From Candidatus Rokuibacteriota bacterium (GTDB lineage: Bacteria; Methylomirabilota; Methylomirabilia; Rokubacteriales; DASRDR01): 64,000 nucleotides of DNA. The position numbers and the translations under genes were made by a program. The notes under the pieces were generated by a model, which saw nothing but the letters and a program-made list of their open reading frames with translations, did not search any database and was not told the origin of the DNA. Positions 44,923-54,216 of the stretch are shown here, piece by piece; the stretch's first letter is position 1, and every line of letters begins with the position of its first letter. The stretch covers positions 67,145 to 131,144 of the forward strand of contig JBIOVM010000116.1 in the NCBI GenBank assembly GCA_044867785.1, read 5' to 3'.

Positions 44923-45833
44923 CCCCCGCGGCGCAGCAGGAGACTGGCCCATCCCTCGTGCTCGGCGAGCTCGACGAGCCAGCACCCGGTAGCCGCGAAC
45001 GCCCCGGCCACCGCCGGGACCTCGGCGGCCAGCAGCCCGCCAGCGATCAGCTGGCCCCCGGGCGCGACCAGGCTCACGAGCCTGGGCGCCAGGGCGACGT
45101 GCGCCGCCGCCAGGAGGTTCGCAAGGACGAGCGGAGCCGCCTCCGTCCACGACTCGACCGACGCGAGCGTCGCGCGCACTCCTCCCGCCACGCCGTTGCG
45201 CCGGGCGTTCTCGGCCGTCGCCGCCACCGCGTCCGGGTCCAGGTCGATCGCATCCACGCGCGCGACGCCGAGCCGGGCGGCGGCGATGGCGAGGACGCCC
45301 GATCCGCACCCCGCATCGAGGACGTGCGCGACGCGGCCGTCGGCGAGCGCGCGCTCGAGGAGCTCGAGACAGCTTCGGGTCGAGCCGTGGCCTCCGGTCC
45401 CGAACGCGCGCCCGGGTTCGATCAGGACGACCACACGCCCACCGTCGGTGGGCGAGGCTGGCGCGTCCCACGGCGGGCAGACGAGGAGCCGCCGTCCTAC
45501 CGGCACCGGCCGGAAGTGGGCCCGCCACGCGTCGGCCCACGGCTGAGGGGCGAGCGGGGCGACCACGATCTCCGCCGCCGTCCCCGGCACCTCGAGCGCG
45601 GCAAGCTCCTCCAGGTAGTGGCGGAGGGCCCCGGTCAGCGCGCCCGCCTCAGCGCCCGGCGGAAAGAAGGCCCGGAGCGTCGCCCCGGCGGCCGCGGCCT
45701 CCTCGACGACGCCGACGGCGCCCAGCTCCCACAGGCGATTCGTGATCACCTCGGCCACCTCGGCGGCATCGGCCGCGAGCGTCACGGTCAGCTCCCAGAA
45801 GAGCGCAGCCGGGTCGGCGGCCTGCGGCAGCAC
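44919..45833 (-). CDS. prmA: ribosomal protein L11 methyltransferase
   Basis: …HVLDAGCGSGVLAIAAARLGVARVDAIDLDPDAV… is the PrmA SAM-MTase fold with its N-terminal substrate domain. Confidence 0.85.
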   Translation of the reverse strand: MLPQAADPAALFWELTVTLAADAAEVAEVITNRLWELGAVGVVEEAAAAGATLRAFFPPGAEAGALTGALRHYLEELAALEVPGTAAEIVVAPLAPQPWADAWRAHFRPVPVGRRLLVCPPWDAPASPTDGGRVVVLIEPGRAFGTGGHGSTRSCLELLERALADGRVAHVLDAGCGSGVLAIAAARLGVARVDAIDLDPDAVAATAENARRNGVAGGVRATLASVESWTEAAPLVLANLLAAAHVALAPRLVSLVAPGGQLIAGGLLAAEVPAVAGAFAATGCWLVELAEHEGWASLLLRRGG

Positions 45834-45943
45834 GCCCGTAGCCTACCGCCCGGCGACGACCTTGTCCCGGACAATCTCCCGCGGCGGCGCGGCGAAGCTC
45901 GGGAACCCCCCGTCCCCTCCTGTAGAATCACCGGCAACCCTCC

Positions 45944-47167
45944 ATGACGTCGGCGAGATGGCGCGCGCGGGTCGACTGGCTGCTCAGCCCGGCGGAGGCC
46001 CCCCGGTTCCCCCAGTGGGTCGCCAGCACCCTGCTCATCGGCCTCATCCTGACGAGCGCGATCGCGATCGTGCTCGAGACTCTGGAGGATGCCGTCCAGC
46101 GGTTCGGCCCCCTGTTCCACCTGATCGAGGCGGTCACGGTCGCGGTGATGGTGGTCGAGTACCTGCTCCGTCTCTGGGCGGCGCCGGAGCGCGAGGCGAT
46201 GGGGGCCCGGCGCCCCTGGAGCGCGCGCCGCCGCTACGCCACGTCCTTCGTCGGCATCGTCGATCTGATCGCCGCCCTGCCGGCGCTCGCCGCGCTGATC
46301 GTCCCGATTCCCGTCGACGCCCTCCGGCTGCTCCGGCTCCTGCGGCTCCTCAAGCTGGCCCGCTACACGCCGGCCCTCTCCCTCTTCGCCGCCGTGATGC
46401 GGAACGAGAGCCGCCCGCTCCTGGCGACCCTGCTGGTCGTCGCGGTGCTCCTCGTCATCGAGTCGGCCATCATGTACATGCTCGAGCGTGACGCGCAGCC
46501 CAAGGTGTTCGCCAGCATTCCCCACGCGATGTGGTGGGCCATCGTCACGATCGCGACCGTCGGGTACGGCGACATCTTCCCCATCACCCCGACCGGTAAG
46601 ATCTTCGGCGGCGCCATCATGGTCATCGGCATCGCCCTCTTCGCGGTCCCGGCGGGCATCCTGGCCACCGGCTTCGCGAGCGAGATCCGGAAGCGCGACT
46701 TCGTCGTGACCTGGCAGACCGTCGCCAGCGTCCCCCTGTTCAGCGGCCTCGACGCGTCGCGGATCGCGGAGATCGCGCGGCTCCTCAAGCGCCAGGTCGT
46801 GCCGGCTCAGTACGCGGTGGTCCGGCGCAGCGACCCGGCCGACGCCATGTTCTTCATCATGGCGGGCGAGGTCCAGGTCGACGTCGCGCCGGCGCCCGTC
46901 AAGCTCGGCCGCGGCCAGTACTTCGGCGAGATCGGCCTCATCCGCGACACCGTGCGCACGGCCACGGTCACCACGCTGAGCGAGTGCCAGCTCCTCTCGC
47001 TGGACGTCGCCGATTTCCGCCGCCTCCTCGAGAGCAACCCGAGCCTCAAGGCGACCATCACGCGAACCGCGGAGGAGCGCCTCGGTGTCCTCATGGCCGG
47101 CCAGCTCAGGACCGGGCAGCCCGTCCCGGCGTCGGACGATCTGCCGTTCGTCGGGCCGACGGGCTAA
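45944..47167 (+). CDS. cyclic nucleotide-gated / voltage-gated-like K+ channel (MloK1-like): six TM helices, pore, C-terminal CNBD
   Basis: S4-like basic repeat (RLLRLLRLLKLARY), pore helix and selectivity filter (TIATVGYGD), and a C-terminal cyclic-nucleotide-binding domain (…GQYFGEIGLIRDTVRTATV…). Confidence 0.88.
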   Translation: MTSARWRARVDWLLSPAEAPRFPQWVASTLLIGLILTSAIAIVLETLEDAVQRFGPLFHLIEAVTVAVMVVEYLLRLWAAPEREAMGARRPWSARRRYATSFVGIVDLIAALPALAALIVPIPVDALRLLRLLRLLKLARYTPALSLFAAVMRNESRPLLATLLVVAVLLVIESAIMYMLERDAQPKVFASIPHAMWWAIVTIATVGYGDIFPITPTGKIFGGAIMVIGIALFAVPAGILATGFASEIRKRDFVVTWQTVASVPLFSGLDASRIAEIARLLKRQVVPAQYAVVRRSDPADAMFFIMAGEVQVDVAPAPVKLGRGQYFGEIGLIRDTVRTATVTTLSECQLLSLDVADFRRLLESNPSLKATITRTAEERLGVLMAGQLRTGQPVPASDDLPFVGPTG

Positions 47168-48638
47168 GCCGGCCGGCTCCGCGATCTCGTCCACCGATGG
47201 ATCGGCATCCGTGAGCCGGAGCGCGCGATTCGGGCACCGTCGCCGTGGCGGAGCATGCGGCGCGACGCGGGGGCGCGGGCTAGGCCCCGGACTGCGCCGC
47301 GGGCTGGCGGCGGTCCTGCTCGCCCTCGTCGCGCCGGCCCTGGCCGCCGCCCAGCGGGTGGATCGCGACCGCGAGATCCGGCCGCTCTATGACCCTCTCC
47401 TGGGCATGGACCCGAGCGGCCGAATCCCGAGAGTCCCCCTGCCGGAGGACTTGCCCAACCCCGACCGCTGGCGCTACATCCCCGAAGGCCGGATCATGCC
47501 CGGGAACGTCTTCCAGCGCCTGTTCGTCTCGAGCTTCATCTCGCCGCAGTTCTTCTTCCGGGAGGACGTCGGGTTCGGCGGCGGGATCGCCATCACCGAC
47601 ATCGACTTCCGCGAGCGGCGGCGCCGTGAGTTCCTGGGAGCGTTCCTCACCTACACGACGGAGGGGCAGGAGCGCTACCGGCTCGTCTGGCGCCGCTGGC
47701 TCCATCACCGGGAGATTCCCGAAGGCGGCGTCGCCATCGAGGAGCGGAGCTTCGTCGCGGCCTCGGGCGGCTACCAGCGGACCCTCACGCGTCGCTTTTT
47801 CGGGCTCGGGCCCGACACGCCGGAAAGCGCCGAGTCGAGCTTCACGGACGAGATGTCCGACGCGGGGGCGCGGGCCGATCTCGCGCTGCCCGGGCCCGGC
47901 GGCGACTGGATCGTCACGGTCGGCATCCGGGGGGAGCATCACAACCTCGCGCGAGGCCACGTGTCCGGCGTCCCCAGCACGGACGAGGCGTTCCCCACGC
48001 TCTTCGAGGATGCCGACGGCCGGAGCGCCGTCTATCTCACGGGCGGGATCCGGTACGACACGCGCGACAGTCAGCACCAGCCCTACGGCGGCTGGCGCGT
48101 CGGCCTGGTGGCGGAATCGGCCCCCTGGCAGAGCGACGGCAGCCTGGGGGCGGTCCTCACGGCGTACGGCAGCATCGTCTTCCCGGTGCCGCCCCTCTTC
48201 CACTCGGGCGGCGACGCCCATGAAGAAAACCCGCCGACCGACACGATCGCGCTGGGCTTCCACGTGGACACGACGGTCGGCGACCTCCCCTTCTACGACC
48301 TGCCGAGCCTGGGCGGCGGGTCGACCCTCCGAGGGTACATCGCGAATCGCTTCACGGACGATTCGGCCTGGCACGCCGTGGCCGAGTACCGCTTCTGGGT
48401 GATCCCGCGCGGATTCCGGATCACGCGAACCATCCGGGTCGAGCGGGTCGGACTGGCGCTCTTCGGTGAGCTGGGGACGGTCGCGCCGAGCCTCGGAGAC
48501 CTTCCCACCGCCACCGTCCACGCGAGCTACGGCGTCGGCCTCCGGATCTCGCTCGAGCGGGTGGCCATGTTCCGGACGGACCTCGGATTCTCGGACGAGG
48601 GCATGAACCTGACGATCGGGTTCGGCCTGAGCTTCTGA
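47085..48638 (+). CDS. Omp85/BamA-family outer-membrane beta-barrel protein (surface antigen D15 domain). The 5' end is uncertain.
   Basis: C-terminal beta-barrel with alternating hydrophobics, ending …GFGLSF, as expected for an OMP C-terminal Phe. A signal-peptide-like LRRGLAAVLLALVAPALAAAQ lies near 47290. The only in-frame ATG is at 47085, inside the K+ channel gene (83-nt overlap), so the real start is probably non-ATG near 47290. Confidence 0.7.
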   Translation: MSSWPASSGPGSPSRRRTICRSSGRRAKPAGSAISSTDGSASVSRSARFGHRRRGGACGATRGRGLGPGLRRGLAAVLLALVAPALAAAQRVDRDREIRPLYDPLLGMDPSGRIPRVPLPEDLPNPDRWRYIPEGRIMPGNVFQRLFVSSFISPQFFFREDVGFGGGIAITDIDFRERRRREFLGAFLTYTTEGQERYRLVWRRWLHHREIPEGGVAIEERSFVAASGGYQRTLTRRFFGLGPDTPESAESSFTDEMSDAGARADLALPGPGGDWIVTVGIRGEHHNLARGHVSGVPSTDEAFPTLFEDADGRSAVYLTGGIRYDTRDSQHQPYGGWRVGLVAESAPWQSDGSLGAVLTAYGSIVFPVPPLFHSGGDAHEENPPTDTIALGFHVDTTVGDLPFYDLPSLGGGSTLRGYIANRFTDDSAWHAVAEYRFWVIPRGFRITRTIRVERVGLALFGELGTVAPSLGDLPTATVHASYGVGLRISLERVAMFRTDLGFSDEGMNLTIGFGLSF

Positions 48639-48728
48639 CCGCTCGCCTCCCCTTACCCCGCCCGGACCCTTCTGCTACCCTAGGCCGCACGCACGCATGG
48701 CCACGCCCACGCGATCCGGCACCGAGCC

Positions 48729-49091
48729 ATGGAGATCCTGAGCGCTCGCCACGGCGACACGCTCGTCCTGAGCCCGCACGGGCGCATCGACCACGCCGGT
48801 GCCGAGGGCTTCAAGACGGCGCTGGCGCCTCATCTCGCCGAATCGGGGCCCGGGCGCCCGATCGTGCTCGATCTCGGCGCGGTCGACTACATCGCCAGCA
48901 TCGGTCTCCGCGTCCTCATGCTCGCCTCCCGACAGGCCCGCGCCCAGGGCGGGACCGTCGCCGTCGCCGCGCTCCAGCCGCTGGTGAAGGAGATCTTCGA
49001 GATCAGCAAGTTCACCCTGGTGTTCCCCTGCTTCCCGACCGTGGCCGCGGCGCTCGCCGCCCCGCCGGGGCCGGGCGCGGGGGCGCGATGA
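48729..49091 (+). CDS. STAS-domain anti-sigma-factor antagonist (SpoIIAA/RsbV-like)
   Basis: 120 aa. …LVLSPHGRIDHAGAEGF… LDLGAVDYIASIGLRVL… carries the conserved phosphorylatable Ser in the DYIAS context. Confidence 0.85.
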   Translation: MEILSARHGDTLVLSPHGRIDHAGAEGFKTALAPHLAESGPGRPIVLDLGAVDYIASIGLRVLMLASRQARAQGGTVAVAALQPLVKEIFEISKFTLVFPCFPTVAAALAAPPGPGAGAR

Positions 49092-49125
49092 CCCGCGCGA
49101 CGCGTCGTCCGTCCGGGCGGCCCTG

Positions 49126-50085
49126 ATGCTGATCCGCTTCTGGGGCACCCGCGGCTCACTCCCGGCGCCGCTGGGCACGATCGGCCTGCGTCAGAAGCTC
49201 GTCCGGGCGCTCTTCGGGGCGGCCGGCCGGCGGCTCGACTCCGAGGAGGCGGCCCAGCGCTACGTCGAGCGGGAGCTGGACTTCGAGACCTCCCACACGT
49301 TCGGCGGCAACACCTCGTGTGTCCAGATCGAGGGACGCGGCGACGAGTACGTCATCTGCGACCTCGGATCCGGCGCCCGGGAGTTCGGGCTCAGCGCCAT
49401 GGCCGCCCGCCGGCCGGGCACGCCGCAGGTCTTCAACGTCTTCATGTCGCACCTCCACTGGGACCACATTCAGGGCTTCCCCTTCTTCGTCCCCGCCTAC
49501 ATCCCAGGCAACCGGATCCGCATCCACGGCTGCCACGAGGAGCTGGAGGCGGCGTTCCACCGCCAGCACGGCGCGCCGAGCTTCCCGGTGGATTTCGGCC
49601 AGCTGGGATCGACGATCGAGTTCGTCCGGCTGGTTCCCGGCGAGTCCTACGAGGTCGCGGGACTCCGGGTGACCGCGAAGCGGCAGTTTCACTCGGGCGA
49701 CTCGTATGCGTACCGGTTCGAGCGCGACGGCAAGGTCGTGATCTACTCCACCGATTCCGAGCACAAGCTCGACGACGCCGCGACCGCCGAGGCGTTCGCC
49801 GACTTCTTCCGCGACGCCGACCTCGTCATCTTCGACGCGATGTACTCCCTGGCCGACGCGTTCTCGATCAAGGAGGACTGGGGCCACTCGAGCAACGTCG
49901 TCGGCGTGGAGCTCTGCCAGATGGCCGGCGTCCGGCACCTCTGTCTCTTCCATCACGAGCCGGCCCACGACGACGAGCGGTTGACCGCCATCTGGCGCGA
50001 GGCGGAGCGCCTCGAAGAGCTGACGCGGGGTGAGCGCCCGCTCCGCATCACGGCCGCCTACGACGGGCTCGAGCTCCGGGTCTGA
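49126..50085 (+). CDS. MBL-fold metallo-hydrolase
   Basis: HxHxDH motif (MSHLHWDHIQGFPF), plus downstream His and Asp ligands. Confidence 0.8.
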   Translation: MLIRFWGTRGSLPAPLGTIGLRQKLVRALFGAAGRRLDSEEAAQRYVERELDFETSHTFGGNTSCVQIEGRGDEYVICDLGSGAREFGLSAMAARRPGTPQVFNVFMSHLHWDHIQGFPFFVPAYIPGNRIRIHGCHEELEAAFHRQHGAPSFPVDFGQLGSTIEFVRLVPGESYEVAGLRVTAKRQFHSGDSYAYRFERDGKVVIYSTDSEHKLDDAATAEAFADFFRDADLVIFDAMYSLADAFSIKEDWGHSSNVVGVELCQMAGVRHLCLFHHEPAHDDERLTAIWREAERLEELTRGERPLRITAAYDGLELRV

Positions 50086-50215
50086 CGGCCCCGAGCGCGG
50101 GCGCGAGCGCGTGGCGACCGAGGGCGCGCCCGGAGGGGCTGCGCGCATCCCGCCCACGGGGCGCGAGGATCCCACGCCCGCGCGACGGGGGGCGGCCTGG
50201 CTTCGCCGGGAGCGC

Positions 50216-52315
50216 ATGGTGTCTGCGCTCGCGCTCCTCGTCCTCACGGGCCTGCTCCTCGGTCGGGGCCCCGACGCCCGGCTGCGCGGCATCTGGTCCG
50301 ACCTCTGCCAGCGGCTCGAGCCGCGCGCCCGGATCTCGGAGCCGGCGGTCATCGTGGCCGTGGACGACCGAAGCCTCCGGCGGTACGGCCAGTGGCCCTG
50401 GCCTCGTCAGCTCTTGGCCGAGCTCGTCGACCGGGTCCGAGGGGCCAAGCCTGCGGCGATCGGCCTGAACCTCCTGTTCCCCGAGGCGGACGGCTTCTCG
50501 GGCGAGAGCCTCGTGGCGCGGCTCCCCGGCCTCGGCGAGCGCACGGCGGCGTTGGTGGCGTCGCTGCCCGACGGCGACCAGGTGCTCGGTCAAGCCCTGG
50601 TGGGCGCGCCGAGCGTGATCGGACTGGCCGGCCTCGACGGGCCGGCCGCCGGCGTGACTCCGGGTCGCTTCACGCCGGCCGTGGTTCGCGGCGACGATCC
50701 GGTGGCGTGGATCCGCCGCTATCGGAGCGCGCTCCGGAGCGTCCCCCCCATCGACGAAGCCGCCGCGGGGCGCGCGCTGCTGAGCGCCGCCGACGCCGGC
50801 GCCGGTGTCGTCCGCCGGCTGCCGCTGGTGGCCGCCGTCGGCGACACGATGGTCCCCGGCCTGGGGATCGAGATGATCCGGATCGCGGCCGGGGCGCCGG
50901 CATTCTCCGTCCGGAGTGACCGGAGCGGCGTGCGCGCCGTGGGAGCCGGGGACGTCTGGATCCCCGCCGAATCCGACGGGACCATGTGGATCCATTTCAC
51001 GCCGCACGACGAGGACCGGTTCATCTCGGCGGCGACCGTCTTCGCGGGCAATGTTCCCCGGGAGCGGTTCGAGCGGAAGCTGGTCCTCGTCGGGGTGACC
51101 GCGCTGGGAGTCGGGGATCAGCATCTCACGCCGCTGGGCGAGTGGATTCCCGGCGTCGAGGTGCACGCTCAGGCGCTGGAGAACATGTTCGACGGCCGCG
51201 CGCTGGTGCGGCCGCGTTGGGCGGCGTGGGCCGAGGCCCTGGGCCTCATGCTGGCCGGCGCGCTCGTGATCGTCCTCACCCCGGTGATGGGTGGTGGCCG
51301 CGCTGCCCTCCTGGCCCTCGGCCTCGGAGTCGGGCTCTTGGGCGGGAGCTTCGCGATGTACCGCCAGCTCGGCTGGCTCCTGGACGGCCTGACGCCGGCG
51401 CTCGGCCTGGGGCTCGTCTACACCGCGACCCTCGGCGGCGCCCTGGCCGAGGCCGATCGGCAGCGGCGAGCGCTCCGGCAGCGGCTTCAAGAGGAGCGCG
51501 AGGCCGCGGCCCGGCTCGCCGGCGAGCTTGAGGCCGCCCGGCGCATCCAGCTCGGGCTCCTCCCGCGGCCCGAGTCGGCGTTCCCCGGCGAAGGGCGATT
51601 CCGCGTCTCGGCGGTGATGGAGCCGGCGCGTGTGGTCGGCGGGGACCTGTTCGACTTCTTCCTCCTCGACGGAGACCGGCTCCTGTTCCTGGTGGGCGAC
51701 GTGTCGGGCAAGGGGCTGCCCGCGAGCCTGTTCATGGCCGCGACGAAGGCGTTCTACCGGAGCATCGCGATGCGCCACGCCGCCGAGCTCGCCGCGACCA
51801 TGCGAGAGGCGAATGCCGAGCTAGGCCGGGACAACCCGGAGGCCTTCTTCGTGACCTTGGCCGCGGTCGTCCTCGACGTGAACACGGGACGACTGTGGCA
51901 CTGCAATGCGGGGCACGAGGCGCCGTGGCTCGTCCGGCCGGGGACCCGCGAGATCGAGCGTCTGGAGGGCGGCGGCGGCCCTCCGCTCTGCGTCCTCGAC
52001 GACTTCCCCTATGAGACGGCCGCCGCGCGGCTCCAGCCCGGCGAGACCGTGCTCCTGGTCACGGATGGCGTCACCGAGGCGGACGGCCCGCGCGGGGACC
52101 TCTTCGGCACTCCGCGCGTCACGGCGATCCTGGCGGGCGCCGCCCAGACGCCGGCGCGCGCGGAGCCCGCGCGACTGGTTGCCGACCTGGTGGGCGCCTT
52201 GCGCGCATTCCGCGGGCCGGTCGAGCCGGCCGACGACGTCACGCTCCTGGCCGTCCAGTGGCTCGGCCCGGCCGGGACGTCCGAGCCCGCCGGCGCCACC
52301 CTCAACGCACGGTGA
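50216..52315 (+). CDS. CHASE2 sensor domain / PP2C-family serine phosphatase (SpoIIE/RsbU-like)
   Basis: N-terminal TM plus an extracytoplasmic CHASE2 (…AVDDRSLRRYGQWPWPR… is the characteristic CHASE2 motif), then TM helices, a coiled coil and a PP2C domain (GGDLFDF…VGDVSGKG… VTDGVTEA). Start at the internal ATG (MVSAL). The ORF start at 50030 is an extension. Confidence 0.85.
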   Translation: MVSALALLVLTGLLLGRGPDARLRGIWSDLCQRLEPRARISEPAVIVAVDDRSLRRYGQWPWPRQLLAELVDRVRGAKPAAIGLNLLFPEADGFSGESLVARLPGLGERTAALVASLPDGDQVLGQALVGAPSVIGLAGLDGPAAGVTPGRFTPAVVRGDDPVAWIRRYRSALRSVPPIDEAAAGRALLSAADAGAGVVRRLPLVAAVGDTMVPGLGIEMIRIAAGAPAFSVRSDRSGVRAVGAGDVWIPAESDGTMWIHFTPHDEDRFISAATVFAGNVPRERFERKLVLVGVTALGVGDQHLTPLGEWIPGVEVHAQALENMFDGRALVRPRWAAWAEALGLMLAGALVIVLTPVMGGGRAALLALGLGVGLLGGSFAMYRQLGWLLDGLTPALGLGLVYTATLGGALAEADRQRRALRQRLQEEREAAARLAGELEAARRIQLGLLPRPESAFPGEGRFRVSAVMEPARVVGGDLFDFFLLDGDRLLFLVGDVSGKGLPASLFMAATKAFYRSIAMRHAAELAATMREANAELGRDNPEAFFVTLAAVVLDVNTGRLWHCNAGHEAPWLVRPGTREIERLEGGGGPPLCVLDDFPYETAAARLQPGETVLLVTDGVTEADGPRGDLFGTPRVTAILAGAAQTPARAEPARLVADLVGALRAFRGPVEPADDVTLLAVQWLGPAGTSEPAGATLNAR

Positions 52316-52970
52316 TCTCGACGCGCCTGTTTCGAGGCTCGGCCACGCCATCCGGCGTCGGCACCAAGAGCTCGCGCTTGCCTCGGCCCACGGCCGTGAT
52401 CCGGTCGGACGGGATGCCCCGGGCGACCAGGAGCGCGCTGACCCGCTCGGCGCGCCGGAGCGAGAGCGCATCGTTGTACTGGTCCGTTCCAACGGCGTCG
52501 GTGTGGCCCGCCACAGTCAGCTCCGGCGCCGGCCGGGTCGCGATCGCGCGGAGGACCTCCTCCACGAGCGCCTGGGACTCGGGCGTGAACTGGTCGGTCG
52601 CCTCGACGAAGTAGAGGATGAACGTGACGGGCCGGGGCGGCGCGATCGCGAGCGCGGCGGCGAAGACCGCCTGCACCTCGTCGGGCGTCGCCCGTCCCGC
52701 CTCGAGCCCGCCCGCGCCGGTGCGCGCGCTCGCGTACGCGGTATCCAGCACGATCTCGCGCCCGCCTTCCTGGACGACGACGGCTCCCGGCGCGCTCCCC
52801 TGGCGGGGCAGGAGCACGATGAGGTCGGCGCGCGGTGGGGGTGTCGGCGGAGGCGGCGCCGGAGCCGGCGGCGGGACGCGGGGGGCCGCGCACCCGGCCA
52901 GAAGGGTGCCCGCGAGGATGAAGCCGGAGAGGAGCCGCCGCCCGCCGCTACGGCGAGCCGTCGCTCGCAC
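52302..52970 (-). CDS. OmpA-family lipoprotein (peptidoglycan-binding OmpA-like domain)
   Basis: Lipobox LLAGC, a Pro-rich linker, and an OmpA_C-like domain (…TVAGHTDAVGTDQYNDALSLRRAERV…). Confidence 0.85.
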   Translation of the reverse strand: MRATARRSGGRRLLSGFILAGTLLAGCAAPRVPPPAPAPPPPTPPPRADLIVLLPRQGSAPGAVVVQEGGREIVLDTAYASARTGAGGLEAGRATPDEVQAVFAAALAIAPPRPVTFILYFVEATDQFTPESQALVEEVLRAIATRPAPELTVAGHTDAVGTDQYNDALSLRRAERVSALLVARGIPSDRITAVGRGKRELLVPTPDGVAEPRNRRVEITVR

Positions 52971-53409
52971 GAACGACGAACTCCGTGCCTCGGACGCCGA
53001 GGATCGCCGCCGGCGTCTTGACCCGCATGCTATCGGGCGCCTGCTTGGCGATGCGGCCCGAGACGACGGCGAGGGTGCCCTTCGTCAGCGCCGCCTCGAG
53101 GACCCCAGGCTTGACGCCGTCGTAGACGAATCGCTCGACCGCGAGCACGCTGTTCGGCCCGGCGGACAGGAGGGTGTCGTCCGCCAGCGTCACCCCGACC
53201 GCTCCGTCGGGGCCCGTCACGAGAACGTCGGCTTGCCACACGCCGCTCCCGACGAGCGCCGGCTGCGGCTGCCCAGCGCGCTCGATGTGCACCGCACCCT
53301 TGACGGTCTTGATCCGGCCCACGTCCTGCGCCTCGGCCTCCCCGCTCGCCAGCAACGCGAGCGCCGTTCCGAGGATCGTCACGAGGATTCGTCCGGTTGG
53401 TGTCCGCAT
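52948..53409 (-). CDS. FecR-domain protein (secreted)
   Basis: Signal peptide, then a FecR fold (…VLAVERFVYDG… GVRGTEFVV…). FecR-type proteins commonly neighbour CHASE2 genes. Confidence 0.7.
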   Translation of the reverse strand: MRTPTGRILVTILGTALALLASGEAEAQDVGRIKTVKGAVHIERAGQPQPALVGSGVWQADVLVTGPDGAVGVTLADDTLLSAGPNSVLAVERFVYDGVKPGVLEAALTKGTLAVVSGRIAKQAPDSMRVKTPAAILGVRGTEFVVRASDGSP

Positions 53410-53504
53410 CGCCCCTCCTCCTGGTCGGGCTGTCCGCGAGACCAGGCCCCCGATAATACCCCGGGGAGCCCGGCCGGGGCCACGCTCCCCGCGCGCCGCT
53501 GACC

Positions 53505-53945
53505 ATGCGGTCGGAGGCGACGTTCCGGAGCCGACTCGCGGCCTTCGCGGAGGTGCGGGGCTGGGCGGAGGCGTTCGGTGCCGCCGTGGGCGCCGACCGC
53601 GGCGCCGTCCTGCGGCTGGTCCTCGTGCTGGAAGAGCTCTTCACGAACACGGTGACGCATGGCTATGCCGGCCGCGACGACGGCCCGATCTGGGTCACGC
53701 TCGCGAGCCGGGACGGCAGCATCGAGGTGACGTACGAAGACGCCGGCCCAGCCTTCGATCCGTTCGCCCCGAGACCTTCGGTTCCCACCGATCTCCAGGG
53801 CTCGACCGGGGAGGTAGGCGGGCTCGGCCTCGCGCTCGTACAAGGCCTGGCGGTGAGGCCGCGTTACGCCCGTGTCGACGGGCGAAACCAGATCACGCTC
53901 GCGGTACCCTCGGAGGACCCGCCGGCGCCGGCGGCACCGCGCTGA
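53505..53945 (+). CDS. anti-sigma regulatory factor, serine-protein kinase (RsbW/SpoIIAB-like HATPase)
   Basis: …LVLVLEELFTNTVTHGY… (N-box) and …GGLGLALVQG… (G-box), in a 146-aa single-domain GHKL kinase. Confidence 0.8.
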   Translation: MRSEATFRSRLAAFAEVRGWAEAFGAAVGADRGAVLRLVLVLEELFTNTVTHGYAGRDDGPIWVTLASRDGSIEVTYEDAGPAFDPFAPRPSVPTDLQGSTGEVGGLGLALVQGLAVRPRYARVDGRNQITLAVPSEDPPAPAAPR

Positions 53946-54216
53946 GCGACGGCCGGACGACGGTCAGGCCCTGGAGGTCGGCTGCGTAGGGGTGCGCCCG
54001 TCGCGCGACCGCCTCGATCTCGGGGCCATCGAGCTCGTCGCAGCGCTCCCCCGCGACTCCAGCCGCGGAGCCCCACGTCGCTCGCATCCGCGCCGTCGAG
54101 CGCCGCCGCGGCCTCGAACTGCCGGAAGGGGCGAGGAGAAGCGCCATCGGAGCTCTCGCGCGAGGCCTCAGGCGAGCACGGCCGAGCGGGACGGGACGGT
54201 CGAGCCGGGCCCATCC

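Noticed and set aside
45834-45943. TAGAAT -10-like hexamer 16 nt upstream of the K+ channel ATG
   Set aside because: There is no acceptable -35 element at 16-18 nt spacing. It may still be a leaderless-type promoter, but the evidence is too weak.
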